Assembly (NCBI GenBank): GCA_965237475.1
Contig: OZ250140.1
Location: forward strand, 1,763,549-1,827,548
DNA from: Dehalococcoidia bacterium
Lineage (GTDB): Bacteria; Chloroflexota; Dehalococcoidia; Bin125
Direction of reading: 5' to 3'
Length of the DNA stretch: 64,000 nt
The notes under the pieces: model-generated
What the model saw: the letters and a program-made list of their open reading frames with translations, nothing else
What the model was told of the DNA's origin: nothing
The model's database searches: none
Program-made: the position numbers and the translations under genes
Shown here: positions 37,233-47,572 of the stretch, one piece after another
Numbering within the stretch: the first letter of the stretch is position 1
Layout of the letters: every line of letters begins with the position of its first letter

Positions 37233-38435
37233 GTGATCTCTGAGTTGATGCCCCCGAGCGCACGCGGCCTCACTGCTCGACTGATGAGGCAGGTGACACC
37301 GTCACAGACCGTCAGCTGGACGGGTCTCGTGATCGTGATGATCCTGTTTCCCACGATCGTCAACAACTCGCGGTTCATCGACGTGGCGATCACCTACGGC
37401 ATTTTCGCGATCGCGCTCTACGGGCTGGGGCTGCTCTACGGGCAGACCAACTACCTGTCGATCGCGCATTCCGCGCTGATGGGCATGGGCGCCTACACGG
37501 CGGCGATCCTGTTCATCGAGGTCGGCCTCGGCTTCTGGGCCGTGCTACCGCTCTCGGCGCTGGTAGCCATGGGGGCGGCGATCCTGCTCGGCTATCCGGC
37601 GCTGCGCGTGAGCGGCTACCACTTCGTGATCGTGACCTTCGCCGCCTGCGAGCTCTTTGTCCTGGCGACCAGGAATCTGGGCGGCAGCGAAGCGCGCAGC
37701 GGACTGACCGGCGGCGCGCAGGGACTCGACATCACCGAGGCGGTCGGCGGCTTCTTCGGCCAGAGCTTCGACATCAACCTCGAACTCGAGCCGTTCTACT
37801 ACCTGGTTGTGGGATTCGTCTTCGTCACGATCGTGATTACGCAGATGCTGGTCGTCTCGCCGATTGGCAGAACGTTCCGCGCGATCCGCGAAAACGAAGA
37901 TCTGGCGCGGTCGGTTGGCATCCGGACGGGCTTCTACAAGATCCTGGCCTTCGGGATCAGCGGCATCTTCGCCGGCGTAGCCGGCGCGCTGTTCGCCTAC
38001 AAGCTGCGCCACATCGCGCCCGACCTGTTCAACTCGTTCGAAGGCGTCGAGCTGGCGCTGATGGTGCTGTTGGGCGGGTCGCGGCGGCTGATGGGGCCAC
38101 TCGTCGGGGCAGTCATCGTGGGCTTCCTGCCTGGGGTGCTTGACGTGATTGGGATCGGCCTGACGCCGTTCCAGCGCCAGATCGTGTTCGGCGCGATGCT
38201 GATCGCGGTGATCATTCTGCTGCCGTATGGCCTCGTCCAAGGCATCGCGGATCTCTATGGCTACGCCAAACGGCTGCTCGCGGCACAGTTGGGCCTGGGG
38301 CCGCGCGGCCCAGCACCGCCGCCTGCTGGGCCGGATGCGCCTGCTGAGCCGGACTCGCCGGGCGCCGACGCTAACGGCGGACCGATGAACGGTGAGCCGG
38401 TCAGCAACGGGGCGGCCGCGGCAAGCGACGGATGA
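37233..38435 (+). CDS. livM: branched-chain amino-acid ABC transporter permease (LivM-like) with a Pro/Ala-rich C-terminal tail
   Basis: 400 aa with multiple TM helices. C-terminus GPRGPAPPPAGPDAPAEPDSPG. Confidence 0.8.
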   Translation: MISELMPPSARGLTARLMRQVTPSQTVSWTGLVIVMILFPTIVNNSRFIDVAITYGIFAIALYGLGLLYGQTNYLSIAHSALMGMGAYTAAILFIEVGLGFWAVLPLSALVAMGAAILLGYPALRVSGYHFVIVTFAACELFVLATRNLGGSEARSGLTGGAQGLDITEAVGGFFGQSFDINLELEPFYYLVVGFVFVTIVITQMLVVSPIGRTFRAIRENEDLARSVGIRTGFYKILAFGISGIFAGVAGALFAYKLRHIAPDLFNSFEGVELALMVLLGGSRRLMGPLVGAVIVGFLPGVLDVIGIGLTPFQRQIVFGAMLIAVIILLPYGLVQGIADLYGYAKRLLAAQLGLGPRGPAPPPAGPDAPAEPDSPGADANGGPMNGEPVSNGAAAASDG

Positions 38436-38595
38436 GCCCGCGCCGCACGCAGCGCGCAGCGACGACGTAGCGTCGGTCAGTCATCTCGCTTGGATGGGAC
38501 ACGAGGCTGCGCCGGCGCGCACTGACGCGGCCGCGCTAGCGGACTCGAATCTGTCAGCCTGGATCGGTTGATCGTCCGGCGATGTGCTGGCGACC

Positions 38596-38621
38596 GCGCG
38601 GCGGCTCGAGCGCCGCCGCGC
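38596..38621. terminator. GC-rich hairpin (10-bp stem) between convergent livM and lactonase genes
   Basis: GCGCGGCGGC-tcgagc-GCCGCCGCGC is a perfect inverted repeat. No clear U-tract follows, so its role as an intrinsic terminator is tentative. Confidence 0.35.
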
Positions 38622-38640
38622 GTCGCGTCTTGTGACTCAG

Positions 38641-39477
38641 CTACTCGTACGTGTGGCCGGGCAGGAACTCAATCGGCCTGATCGCCAGGTTGCCATTGTC
38701 GTACTTCAGACCGGTCTCGTCGTGACCGGGGAAGATAAACGCATCCAGTTCCGAGGCGATGCTCTCGACCTTCTGCATGGAACTCGCGAACGCCTCGTTG
38801 CTGGTGTTGACGAAGTTCGGCACGGCGGGGGGACCATAGGCCTCGTGGGTGCCAACCGCGTCGCCTGCCAGCAACGCCCAGCCGGTGTGTTCGAGCCGAA
38901 GCAGCACGCCCATCGAGCCGGGCGTGTGGCCGGGCAGGCTGATCGTCCAGAGGTCTTCCAGAATCTCCTGCTCGCCGTACATCAGCATCGGATTCTTCTG
39001 GGAGATGAGGTTCCAGTCGGCGCGGACGAAGAAGTTCTCGGCCCGCCAGACGTTGGACGCGTGGCGGTGCTCGTCCTCGTGCAGGACGATCTGGGCGCCG
39101 GCGTCCTCGAAGAGCCGCAAGCCGCCCGCGTGATCGGCGTGGCAGTGGCTCAGGATGACGTGGCTGAAGTCCTCGGGTCCGAGGCCCTGTCGCTTCAGCG
39201 CGGCCTCGAGCAGCACGTCGGCGTTGAGTTCGCTGAGGTCGATCAGCCCCTTCCACTCGGGCAACCACTCCGCGTCGAAGTTCGTCGAGATGCCGGTGTC
39301 GTAGAGGATGCGGCCGGCGGGGTGATTGATGATGTAGGCGAGCGACGGGCAGCGATACCAGCGCCGTGCGCCCTCACGGCGGTTGGGCAGCAGCATGTCG
39401 TTCGGGTTGGGGTAGCCCATCAATCCGTAGTCCATGCCCATGACACCAAGTTTCAGACCCTGCAGCGTGATCGCCAT
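38641..39477 (-). CDS. MBL-fold metallo-hydrolase, N-acyl-homoserine-lactonase-like
   Basis: ILSHCHADHAGG (HxHxDH zinc motif), ...GHTPGS..., ...HD... Confidence 0.75.
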   Translation of the reverse strand: MAITLQGLKLGVMGMDYGLMGYPNPNDMLLPNRREGARRWYRCPSLAYIINHPAGRILYDTGISTNFDAEWLPEWKGLIDLSELNADVLLEAALKRQGLGPEDFSHVILSHCHADHAGGLRLFEDAGAQIVLHEDEHRHASNVWRAENFFVRADWNLISQKNPMLMYGEQEILEDLWTISLPGHTPGSMGVLLRLEHTGWALLAGDAVGTHEAYGPPAVPNFVNTSNEAFASSMQKVESIASELDAFIFPGHDETGLKYDNGNLAIRPIEFLPGHTYE

Positions 39478-39600
39478 GATGGTGGCGCCTTTCCAGATCG
39501 GCCGGCTAAGCCAGTTGGGCCGGCCAGTGAAACGAGCGACGCCCCCGCCGAGCCCGGGGGCTCGAACGGGAGCGTCGCGGCGGTTCCCAGGTAATGGGAG

Positions 39601-40989
39601 CTAGGAGCCGTTCGAGGTCACGGGGGCCAGGCCCGGCGAGACCTCGGGGTTGACGATCAGACCGCCACACGCGTCGGCCAGCGCGGGCATGCACTGGTCG
39701 GCGAACATGCGCATCTGCTCTTCGGTCTCCTCGCCGCTGTAGCCACCCATCTCGAACCAGGCGGTGAAGAGGAAGTCCTCGTAGCCGACCTCTTCCTTCA
39801 GCCGCATGATCTGCTCGACGATCTGATCGGCGGTGCCGATGAAGACGAGCCCCTTGTCGATGCAGAGGTCCGCGGTGACCGGGCGGTCAGCCGGCGGCGG
39901 CGGTTCGTCGATGTCGGTGATCACGCCACCGAAGCCGAACGCGCCGAGGTACGGCCACGCAGCCTCCATGCCATTCCTGTAGCGCTCAAGGTCGGCGGCT
40001 TCGTCGCCGGGCTTGAGGATGTGGACGTAGCGCGCCGGCGCGTAGCCGCGCTTCAGATCGGAGTCCCAGCCGAACTTCCAGGGGCCCGGGCGGTCGAGGC
40101 GGTCGGGCCAGCCGTTGATCTCGAGGTGCTCGTAGTAGCGCTCGACGTTCGCCTTGAGGCGCGAGTTCGGCTCGGGAATCGTGTAGCAGTTGACGGCGTT
40201 GGCGGCGGCCCATTCGATCGAGCGGGGGCTCGTGACGGGCTGCCACATCGGCGGCGTCGGCTTCTGGATCGGCTGCGGGTAGACGCTGATCTCTTTCAGC
40301 GTCGTGGTCGTCGCGTAGACCGGCGGGCCCGACGAGTACATGTCGGGCGGGCCGATGTCGAGCACGGAGTCGAGGTCGCGGCCGACGTGCTCCTGAGAGA
40401 AGTAGGCGATCGTTGAGGGGTTGCCCCACTTCGTGTAGCTCGGCGGCAGGCTGAAGAACTCGCCCAGGTGGCTGAACGACGGCTGGGTCCAGGCCTTCGT
40501 GATGATGTCGAAGCACTCCTGGAAGAATGCGCGGTTGCGCTCCTGGTCCTGGACCGTGGAGCCCATCGCGCCGCCAAGCACTTCGGTCTCGCGCGACTGA
40601 TAGCCGCGCCCGACGCCGAACTCGACGCGGCCACCGCTGATGACGTCCAGCATGGCGCCCTGCTCGGCGAGTCGAATCGGGTGGTGCCAGGTGAGAATGT
40701 TGGCCATCTGGCCGAGGCGAATGCGGCTCGTGCGAGCGGCGATCGCCGTCTCCGCGATGAGCGGGTTGGGGCTGAACTCAACGCCCTCCGGCTGCATGTG
40801 GTGCTCGGTCATGAACCAGTAGTTGAAGCCGAGCTCGTCGGCGAGCACGCCCTGGCGGATCTGGTTGACCAGCACGCGCTGGAAGCTCTCGCTGGTCTCG
40901 GCGAGCGTTCCGGTGTTGACGCGAGTGCCGTCGATGATGTCGCTTTCGAGGTCGACAGCCCCGTTGTGGAAGATGGCAAGTTCGAGCAT
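39601..40989 (-). CDS. LLM-class (luciferase-like) flavin-dependent oxidoreductase
   Basis: 462 aa. TIM-barrel LLM pattern (...FNYWFMTEHH...GGRVEFGVGRGY...). Confidence 0.8.
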   Translation of the reverse strand: MLELAIFHNGAVDLESDIIDGTRVNTGTLAETSESFQRVLVNQIRQGVLADELGFNYWFMTEHHMQPEGVEFSPNPLIAETAIAARTSRIRLGQMANILTWHHPIRLAEQGAMLDVISGGRVEFGVGRGYQSRETEVLGGAMGSTVQDQERNRAFFQECFDIITKAWTQPSFSHLGEFFSLPPSYTKWGNPSTIAYFSQEHVGRDLDSVLDIGPPDMYSSGPPVYATTTTLKEISVYPQPIQKPTPPMWQPVTSPRSIEWAAANAVNCYTIPEPNSRLKANVERYYEHLEINGWPDRLDRPGPWKFGWDSDLKRGYAPARYVHILKPGDEAADLERYRNGMEAAWPYLGAFGFGGVITDIDEPPPPADRPVTADLCIDKGLVFIGTADQIVEQIMRLKEEVGYEDFLFTAWFEMGGYSGEETEEQMRMFADQCMPALADACGGLIVNPEVSPGLAPVTSNGS

Positions 40990-41177
40990 GCTGGTCCTTT
41001 CGAATGCGTTGCGATGGCGCGATTCGATCGCGCCCGATGTGCTGCGGGTCCCGTCTCAGCGAATCCTGATTCGCCCACGGTGCCGAGGTGGCAATGATAA
41101 TCGAAGCCTGAGCGTGGGCGCACCTCCCAGTTTGTACGCCGTTGGTGTGGCGTCGTCTGTCTGCCCGATGACAATGA

Positions 41178-42296
41178 TCATGCCTGATCGGACTCCGGAT
41201 CGGGCGGCGGACTGGTTGGAAGCTCAGCCGGAGGCTCGGGTGGAACCGGCGGCGGCCCAGGCCCCGCGGGCGCCGGAATGATCGCTTGCAGCAGGGCGCC
41301 GAGCGTGCGGGCATACAACTGCTTCAAGCCGCTCACCATGCCTTCCGGCAACAGCAGGATCAGCAGAACCAACGCCATCCCGTAGCCGATCTGCACATGG
41401 TTGGGATTCGTGGCGAAGGGCAGCTCGTGGACGAACAGGACCACGATCGAGCCAACCAGCGGGCCGAGCAGCGGCACGGCGCCGCCGAGCAACACGATCA
41501 GCGCGAGCTGAATACCGTCCTGGGCGCCGAAGAGGCTCGGAGAGATGTGCTGGAGCAAGAACGCGTAGTGCACCCCGGCGGCGCCGGCGAACGCTCCGCT
41601 CAGCGTGAAGGCGAGAATCTTCGTGCGGGCGAGGTGGATGCCGATCGATTCAGCGAGGTCTTCGTTCTCCCGCACGGCGCGCATCGTGGCGCCGAACGCG
41701 GAGCGACGAATCAGGAACACCGCCGCGATCGCGATCGCGACGAACGCCACGGTCACGTAGTAGATCGAATTGCCGGACTTGAGAGTAATCCCGAAGAAAT
41801 CCGGGAGGCCGCCCTCGACGATCAGTCCGAGCCGGCGACCGCTCTTGAAGCCCTGCCCGTTCTCGAGCACGATCCGGATCAGCTCGCCGAACGCGAATGT
41901 GGCGATCAGGAAGAAGTGGCCGCGAATCCGCAAGGCTGGATAGGCCAGCAGGGCCGCCCCGAATGAGGCGATGATCATCGCCAACGGCAACACGGCCCAG
42001 TAGGACCAACCGAACTCGCGATGGAAGATCGCGCCGGTGTAGGCGCCGATCGCCCAGAGCCCCGCGTGCGCGATCGAGAGGATGCCGGCCTGGCCGAAGA
42101 TGACCGCCAGGCCATAGGCGGCGACCGCCGTCGTCCCGGCGACCGACGCCAGGAACAGATGGCGGCTGGAGGAGAACTCGGGAATCATCACAATGAATAG
42201 GCCAACGGCCACGATCACGATGATCCGCTCGGCCGTGTTGAACCGTGTCGTGCCGCGCAGCGCCTCCCCAATTCGATTCATTGCCCCCGCCTCCAT
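41178..42296 (-). CDS. branched-chain amino-acid ABC transporter permease (LivM-like, second set)
   Basis: 372 aa multi-TM protein, homologous to the gene at 37233, with a Pro-rich C-terminal tail. Confidence 0.8.
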   Translation of the reverse strand: MEAGAMNRIGEALRGTTRFNTAERIIVIVAVGLFIVMIPEFSSSRHLFLASVAGTTAVAAYGLAVIFGQAGILSIAHAGLWAIGAYTGAIFHREFGWSYWAVLPLAMIIASFGAALLAYPALRIRGHFFLIATFAFGELIRIVLENGQGFKSGRRLGLIVEGGLPDFFGITLKSGNSIYYVTVAFVAIAIAAVFLIRRSAFGATMRAVRENEDLAESIGIHLARTKILAFTLSGAFAGAAGVHYAFLLQHISPSLFGAQDGIQLALIVLLGGAVPLLGPLVGSIVVLFVHELPFATNPNHVQIGYGMALVLLILLLPEGMVSGLKQLYARTLGALLQAIIPAPAGPGPPPVPPEPPAELPTSPPPDPESDQA

Positions 42297-42329
42297 GCGC
42301 GTTTCGATGTCTCGTCCATGGCTGCGCGC

Positions 42330-43208
42330 CTAGCGCGCCGGCGGTCCCTGCAAACCGGTGAGCAGGCCTGTCGGCTTCACCAGCAAGATGATGATCATGA
42401 GGACGAATGCGTAGGACTCCGACCATTCAGGCTTGAAGTACTGGGTGCCCATCGCTTCCGCCAGGCCGAGGAAGACCGCCGCAAGCACGGCCCCGGCCGG
42501 ATTTCCGAGTCCGCCCACGAGCGCGACGGCAAACGCCTTGATCACAAACCGACTGCCGATGAACGGATCGATCGGGAACAGGCCGATCATCAGCGCACCG
42601 CCCAGGCCGGCGAGCAGCGATCCGACCAGGAAGACGACGGTGATGTAGCGGCGCACCGGGATGCCCATCAGGGACGCCGTCTCGCGATCGATCGCGCTGG
42701 CGCGCAGCGCGCGGCCGCTGCCACTGCGGTAGATGGCGAGCAGCATCGCGATCACGACGGAGAAGGTGACGCCGACGACGAGCACGCGCGTGCCGGGAAT
42801 GTGCACGCCGCCCACGTTGAAGACCTGCTCGATCGGTCGCGGAATATCCACGATGCTCGCGCCGACTGGAGACAGCTCGACCAATAAATGTTGTAAGACG
42901 ACGATCAGTCCCAGCGACACGATGAAGCCGTTGATCGGCGAGTCGAACGTGAAGCGAAACAGACCCCGCTCCAGAGCGATCCCGATCACCCCGACGGCCG
43001 CGATTGCGAGCAGCAGACCAGCGACGAAGCCGGCCCCCAGTTCGCTGCTCACCCACCAGGTGAAGAAGCCGCCAATCGCCAACAGCTCACCGTGGGCGAA
43101 CATCACCAGACCGGTGAGGCCGAAGATGAGCGTCACGCCGAGCGCGATCAACGCGATGACCGCGGCGATCGACAGCCCGTTGACAACCTGCTGCAGGAAC
43201 GTCTCCAT
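42330..43208 (-). CDS. branched-chain amino-acid ABC transporter permease (LivH-like, second set)
   Basis: METFLQQVVNGLSIAAVIALIALGVTLIFGLTGLVMFAHGE; paralog of the gene at 34415. Confidence 0.85.
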   Translation of the reverse strand: METFLQQVVNGLSIAAVIALIALGVTLIFGLTGLVMFAHGELLAIGGFFTWWVSSELGAGFVAGLLLAIAAVGVIGIALERGLFRFTFDSPINGFIVSLGLIVVLQHLLVELSPVGASIVDIPRPIEQVFNVGGVHIPGTRVLVVGVTFSVVIAMLLAIYRSGSGRALRASAIDRETASLMGIPVRRYITVVFLVGSLLAGLGGALMIGLFPIDPFIGSRFVIKAFAVALVGGLGNPAGAVLAAVFLGLAEAMGTQYFKPEWSESYAFVLMIIILLVKPTGLLTGLQGPPAR

Positions 43209-43408
43209 CGGCGGCTCACCCTTCCCGACTCAGCGGCATTCGCCGCCGGCCGGTCCCGGCACTGCTAGCTGACACGCGGAGCGAGGCCCCCCGCACACAT
43301 ACGGCGTGCGTTGGGGCCTCCGCGATCAAGGCCCTCGCTCAGACAGGATCGGCGGCCGCGCGCTGAGGCGCCCGGCCGCTCTGATCCTGATGCTCCGAGG
43401 CGAGCGAC

Positions 43409-44863
43409 CTAACCGCCGCTGCCTTCCTGGTTCGCCAGCACGCCCTCTTCGGTCACACCGAGCGCTTCGGGGCCGTACTCCTCAAGTGAGAAGTTCGTGC
43501 ACTCGATCGAGCCAAGCTGGACGCGGCATGTGTCGTAGCCGTGGGCCACGCGGTGCCAGACCGGGTCCATCGTGAGCGTTGGACTGAGCACCGCGTCGAT
43601 CGTGATGCCCTCCATCGCATCGGCGATCGCGACGGTGTCGTCGACCGTGCCGGCGATCTTCATCGCTTCAACCAGCATGAAGACGTAGTCGTACTGCCAG
43701 AGCGAAACGTCGGTGAGCGGTGCGGGCGAGCAGCCGTCGGCGTTGCCGCACTCGAACACATTCAGAGCTCGGTAGTACTCACGCGCTCGCTCGCTTGAGT
43801 TGATCGAGCGGCAGAGGTTGATGCAGGCGAGAACGATGGGCACCTCGTTGTCGATGCCGCCGGGGAAGTTCTCTTCCCACCAGCCCGGGTCGATGCCGAA
43901 GACCATGTAGCCGCGCGCCACCTCAAGCTCGAGCGCCTGCTCGGCGATCAGAGCTGAGTCCGCAGCGATGTACCAGTTGTGCATCCAGTCGGGATCGAGG
44001 CCCTTGAGTCGGGTCAGGAACGGGGTGAAGTCCGTCGTGCCCGGCGGGTAGAAGACAACCGGCGAGGTCCGCTGGCCAAGCTCCGTGAGGACGCCGTTGT
44101 AGAAGCGGCCGAGGAACTGGCCGGAGGGGTCATCGGTGGCAAGCACGACCGAGAGCTCACCGGGCTGAGCGCCCAAGAGCTGCAGGACGCCTGCCGCCGT
44201 GATCGTGCTACGCGTCAACTCCGACGGCTCGATCTGGAACAGGGTCTTGTGGGTGGTCTGCGCGCTCTCCGGGTTCAGGACGCCGTCCTCGGAGGTGAGA
44301 ATGCTCAGCGCCATCAGGTGAAGCACCTTGGCCGGCTGGCTGATCTCGGAGGCCGCAAGGCCTGGGCCGTGCGGCAGGGGACCGAAGATGATCTTGATCC
44401 CCTCGTCACGAATCAGCTCCTGAACGGCCGCGATCGCGACCGCGTCTTCGGAGCGGCCGTCTCGTCGAACGACCTCGATGGTGTAGGTGGTGTCACCGAC
44501 CACGAAGCCGCCCGCGGCATTGATCTGCTCAACTGCGAGCAGCAGGCCGGCTTCCTCGGACTTGCCGTAGAAGGCGAGGCCGCCGCCGGAGAGCGGCTGC
44601 ACCGAACCGATGCGCACCACGCCCGTCTTGGCCTCTGCCGCCGCCGGCGCCTCTTGCTGCTGCTGTGCGGCAGCCGGCTCGTCGGCCTGCTGCTGCTCTG
44701 CCTGTGCGGCGGGCGCGGCGGCGGCCGCGGGTGCAGCCTGCTGCTCCTGCTGCTCATCGTCGCCGCCGCATGCGGCGGCCAACACGAGCACGCTCGCCAT
44801 CAGGGCGATCAGTCCCACCCAGCCCCAATGTTGAAGTCGTTTGTGAATCGGTCGTTCGTTCAT
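43409..44863 (-). CDS. ABC transporter substrate-binding lipoprotein (LivK-like, second set)
   Basis: Lipobox LAAAC|GG, a Q/A-rich tether, then a PBP1 fold. Confidence 0.8.
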   Translation of the reverse strand: MNERPIHKRLQHWGWVGLIALMASVLVLAAACGGDDEQQEQQAAPAAAAAPAAQAEQQQADEPAAAQQQQEAPAAAEAKTGVVRIGSVQPLSGGGLAFYGKSEEAGLLLAVEQINAAGGFVVGDTTYTIEVVRRDGRSEDAVAIAAVQELIRDEGIKIIFGPLPHGPGLAASEISQPAKVLHLMALSILTSEDGVLNPESAQTTHKTLFQIEPSELTRSTITAAGVLQLLGAQPGELSVVLATDDPSGQFLGRFYNGVLTELGQRTSPVVFYPPGTTDFTPFLTRLKGLDPDWMHNWYIAADSALIAEQALELEVARGYMVFGIDPGWWEENFPGGIDNEVPIVLACINLCRSINSSERAREYYRALNVFECGNADGCSPAPLTDVSLWQYDYVFMLVEAMKIAGTVDDTVAIADAMEGITIDAVLSPTLTMDPVWHRVAHGYDTCRVQLGSIECTNFSLEEYGPEALGVTEEGVLANQEGSGG

Positions 44864-45359
44864 TCCGATGCCTCCTGTGTACCGAGCGGGAATGCTAGAG
44901 ACCTGCGATCCGCTTCGCCAGCATGCGCGTGGCCAAGCAGACCAAGCAGCTTCAGGGCAGCCCCTGGCCCGAGTCGTTGATTCGCAGGTCGCCGCGGCGC
45001 ACCAAGGCTACGCGACCGAGAGGCGCCATCGCCGCCGGCTGCAGCCTCACCGCCACTGAGCGGATCAACATGCTGTTCAACCCCGACAGCGATCGGGCCT
45101 ATGGGCACAGATCGGGGCCGACTCCCCTGCGCAGCGGCACTCAGACCGTGACCGTCGGACGGTCATCGGGATTCGGCCGCAGGCGCATGGGCGCGGCGTG
45201 AGTGTGACAATCCGCCACGAGGCGGTCGGTACGCGCGAAGACGCTCGCCGTTCCCGGCGGCGGCGCGGCGGCGCTCTACGGTTTGTGGGACGTCCGCCAC
45301 CTGAGGCGCAGCGATCGATAGCATCCTCTGCAGCTCAACCAGCGTGAAGGAGCGCAGCC

Positions 45360-46271
45360 GTGAAGATTGAAGACGATGCCGGCCTGTCCGACCTGCTGAT
45401 CGGGGAGGAAGCCCGCCTCTGCGGCGGGTTCGGATTTATCGAGGGTCCGATCTGGATCGCGTCCGACAACGCGCTCGTGTTCAGCGACATCCCGGGCAAT
45501 CGGCAGCATCGCTGGCGGCCGGGCGAGAGCGAGGCCGAGGTCTACCGCGACCCGAGCGGCTGGTCGAACGGCCTGACGCTCGACGCCGATGGCAACCTGC
45601 TGGCCTGCGAGCACGGCGGTCGGCGCGTCTCGCGCGGCGCCCACAGCGAGCCCGACAGCACGACGTCCGTCGCCGATAGCTGGGACGGCCAGGCGCTCAA
45701 CAGTCCCAACGACCTCGTCGCGCACTCCTCCGGCGCGATCTTCTTCACCGACCCGTCGTACGGCGCGGACAGCGGCCGGACGCCGCGCTTCGGCGCCGAG
45801 GGGCAGCGACAGGAGCTCGACTTCCAAGGCGTCTATCGCGTCGACCCCGATGGCTCGCTCAGCCTCGTCGTTCCGACCGGCTTCTCGCAGCCCAATGGCC
45901 TCGCCTTCACGCCCGACGAATCCGGTCTCTACATCGGCGACTCTCAGGACGGACTGATCTGGCGCTACGACGTGAACGACGACCTCACGCTCGGCGAGCG
46001 CGTGCTGTTCGTGGACCAGTCGGCCGATCAGCGACTTGGGGCGCCCGACGGGATGAAGGTCGATTCGGACGGCCGTCTCTGGACCACCGGCGCCGGCGGC
46101 GTTTCGGTGCATTCCGCAGCGGGCGACTACCTGGGCGTCTTCGAGATGGATGAGCACGCCGCCAATCTGACCTTCGGCGGCGACAGCTTCTCGACGCTGT
46201 TCATGACGGCCGGCACGAGCCTGTACAGCATCGAGACCGCGGTTCGCGGGCTCGTGCCCGGCTCGCGCTAG
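45360..46271 (+). CDS. SMP-30/gluconolactonase/LRE family protein
   Basis: ...GFIEGPIW...SNGL...NSPNDLV...PNGLAFTPDE... six-bladed propeller signature. Confidence 0.8.
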   Translation: MKIEDDAGLSDLLIGEEARLCGGFGFIEGPIWIASDNALVFSDIPGNRQHRWRPGESEAEVYRDPSGWSNGLTLDADGNLLACEHGGRRVSRGAHSEPDSTTSVADSWDGQALNSPNDLVAHSSGAIFFTDPSYGADSGRTPRFGAEGQRQELDFQGVYRVDPDGSLSLVVPTGFSQPNGLAFTPDESGLYIGDSQDGLIWRYDVNDDLTLGERVLFVDQSADQRLGAPDGMKVDSDGRLWTTGAGGVSVHSAAGDYLGVFEMDEHAANLTFGGDSFSTLFMTAGTSLYSIETAVRGLVPGSR

Positions 46272-46756
46272 CCGGCCCGACGCAGGACCTCCTCGAAGGC
46301 CTCGAGCGTGCGCTTGGCGAAGATCCACATGTTCGCTTCGCGATCTTCAAGCGCCGTCTCCAGCGTTTCGGAGTGTTCGAGCGGCCCGGCGACCGCGATG
46401 CAGGTGTGTCCCGCGGCGTCGCCGTAGGGGTTGCCGGTGGGTCCGGCGGCGCCGGTTTCGCCGATGCCCCAGGTCGCGCCGAGCCGCTCGCGGATCGTGG
46501 CGGCGATCAGTCGGGCGTAGGGCTCGCTGCTTGAGCGCACGCCGGGATAGTCCTCAAGGTCAATCTCCAGAAACACTGAGCGCGCAACGCCGGTGTAGGT
46601 GACCGCGGCTCCCCGGTAGTAGACGGAGGCTCCCGGGACCGCGAGCAGGGCAGCCGAGACCAGCCCGCCGGCGGTGGTCTCGCAGATCGCGACCGTTTCA
46701 CCTCGCTCGCGCAACAGTTCGGCGATCGCGGCGGCCATCGGCTCCAGTGGTTCCAT
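46268..46756 (-). CDS. CinA-family (PncC-like) competence/damage-inducible protein domain
   Basis: ...AICETTAGGLVSAALLAVPGAS...GIGETGAAGP... is the CinA C-terminal domain pattern. Confidence 0.75.
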   Translation of the reverse strand: MEPLEPMAAAIAELLRERGETVAICETTAGGLVSAALLAVPGASVYYRGAAVTYTGVARSVFLEIDLEDYPGVRSSSEPYARLIAATIRERLGATWGIGETGAAGPTGNPYGDAAGHTCIAVAGPLEHSETLETALEDREANMWIFAKRTLEAFEEVLRRAG

Positions 46757-46855
46757 GTCTCATCCCTCCGTTCGCCTCGCCTAGCTTCTGCGACGCAGGC
46801 TACTCGCGCCGAGCGCTAGCCTGAGTAGAGACGTGCACAGCGAGGGAACGCAGCG

Positions 46856-47095
46856 ATGATCAGAACCATTCGCGCCCGCTACTCGGGCGGCGCGCTGCGT
46901 CCGCTGGAAGCGCTCGACCTCGAAGAAGACGAAGAGGTGCTGGTATCGATCGATGATCGGCACCCGTCGCCACAGGCGATCGAGTCCTGCAAGGAGGCCG
47001 CCGGGAGCTGGGCCGGATCGTTCGATGTCGAGCAGTTGAAGCGAGACATCTATGCCAGCCGCCAGGTCCACTCCCGCCCCGCGCCCAAGCTGTAG
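46856..47095 (+). CDS. DUF104-type antitoxin (VapB-like)
   Basis: 79 aa. MIRTIRARYSGGALRPLEALDLEEDEEVLVSID; lies directly upstream of the PIN toxin with a 0-nt gap. Confidence 0.6.
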   Translation: MIRTIRARYSGGALRPLEALDLEEDEEVLVSIDDRHPSPQAIESCKEAAGSWAGSFDVEQLKRDIYASRQVHSRPAPKL

Positions 47096-47488
47096 ATGAG
47101 ATATCTCATCGATACGGATTGGGTGATTGACTATCTGGTCGGGATTGAGCGTACGGTCGATCGAGTCAACGTGCTGCTGGCTCAGGGCATCGGCCTGAGC
47201 AGCGTCTCGTTGGCTGAGATCTACGAGGGCGTCTTTTACGCGACTGACCCGCTCGATAATGAGCGGGCGTTGCACCAATTCATCGGCGCGGTTGATGTCT
47301 TGACGATCGATGTCGACATCTGTCAGGTTTTCGCCCGGGAACGAGGTCGTCTGCGGGCTGCCGGCAGCATCATCGGCGACTTTGACATTCTGATCGGCGC
47401 CACGGCGGTTCATCACGGTCTTACGCTGTTGACCAACAACCACAGGCACTTCGAGCGGCTGGAGGGTCTCAAGCTCGGCGTTTCCTGA
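47096..47488 (+). CDS. vapC: PIN-domain toxin VapC
   Basis: MRYLIDTDWVIDYL...SLAEIYEG...DILIGATAVHHGLTLLTNNHRHF carries the PIN acidic residues. Confidence 0.8.
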   Translation: MRYLIDTDWVIDYLVGIERTVDRVNVLLAQGIGLSSVSLAEIYEGVFYATDPLDNERALHQFIGAVDVLTIDVDICQVFARERGRLRAAGSIIGDFDILIGATAVHHGLTLLTNNHRHFERLEGLKLGVS

Positions 47489-47572
47489 GCCGGTCACATG
47501 GCGTCCAGCAAGCCAGCGAGCCTGAATGTTTTCGCGCCGGATCTGACCGCACACGCACGAAGGAGGAACCCA

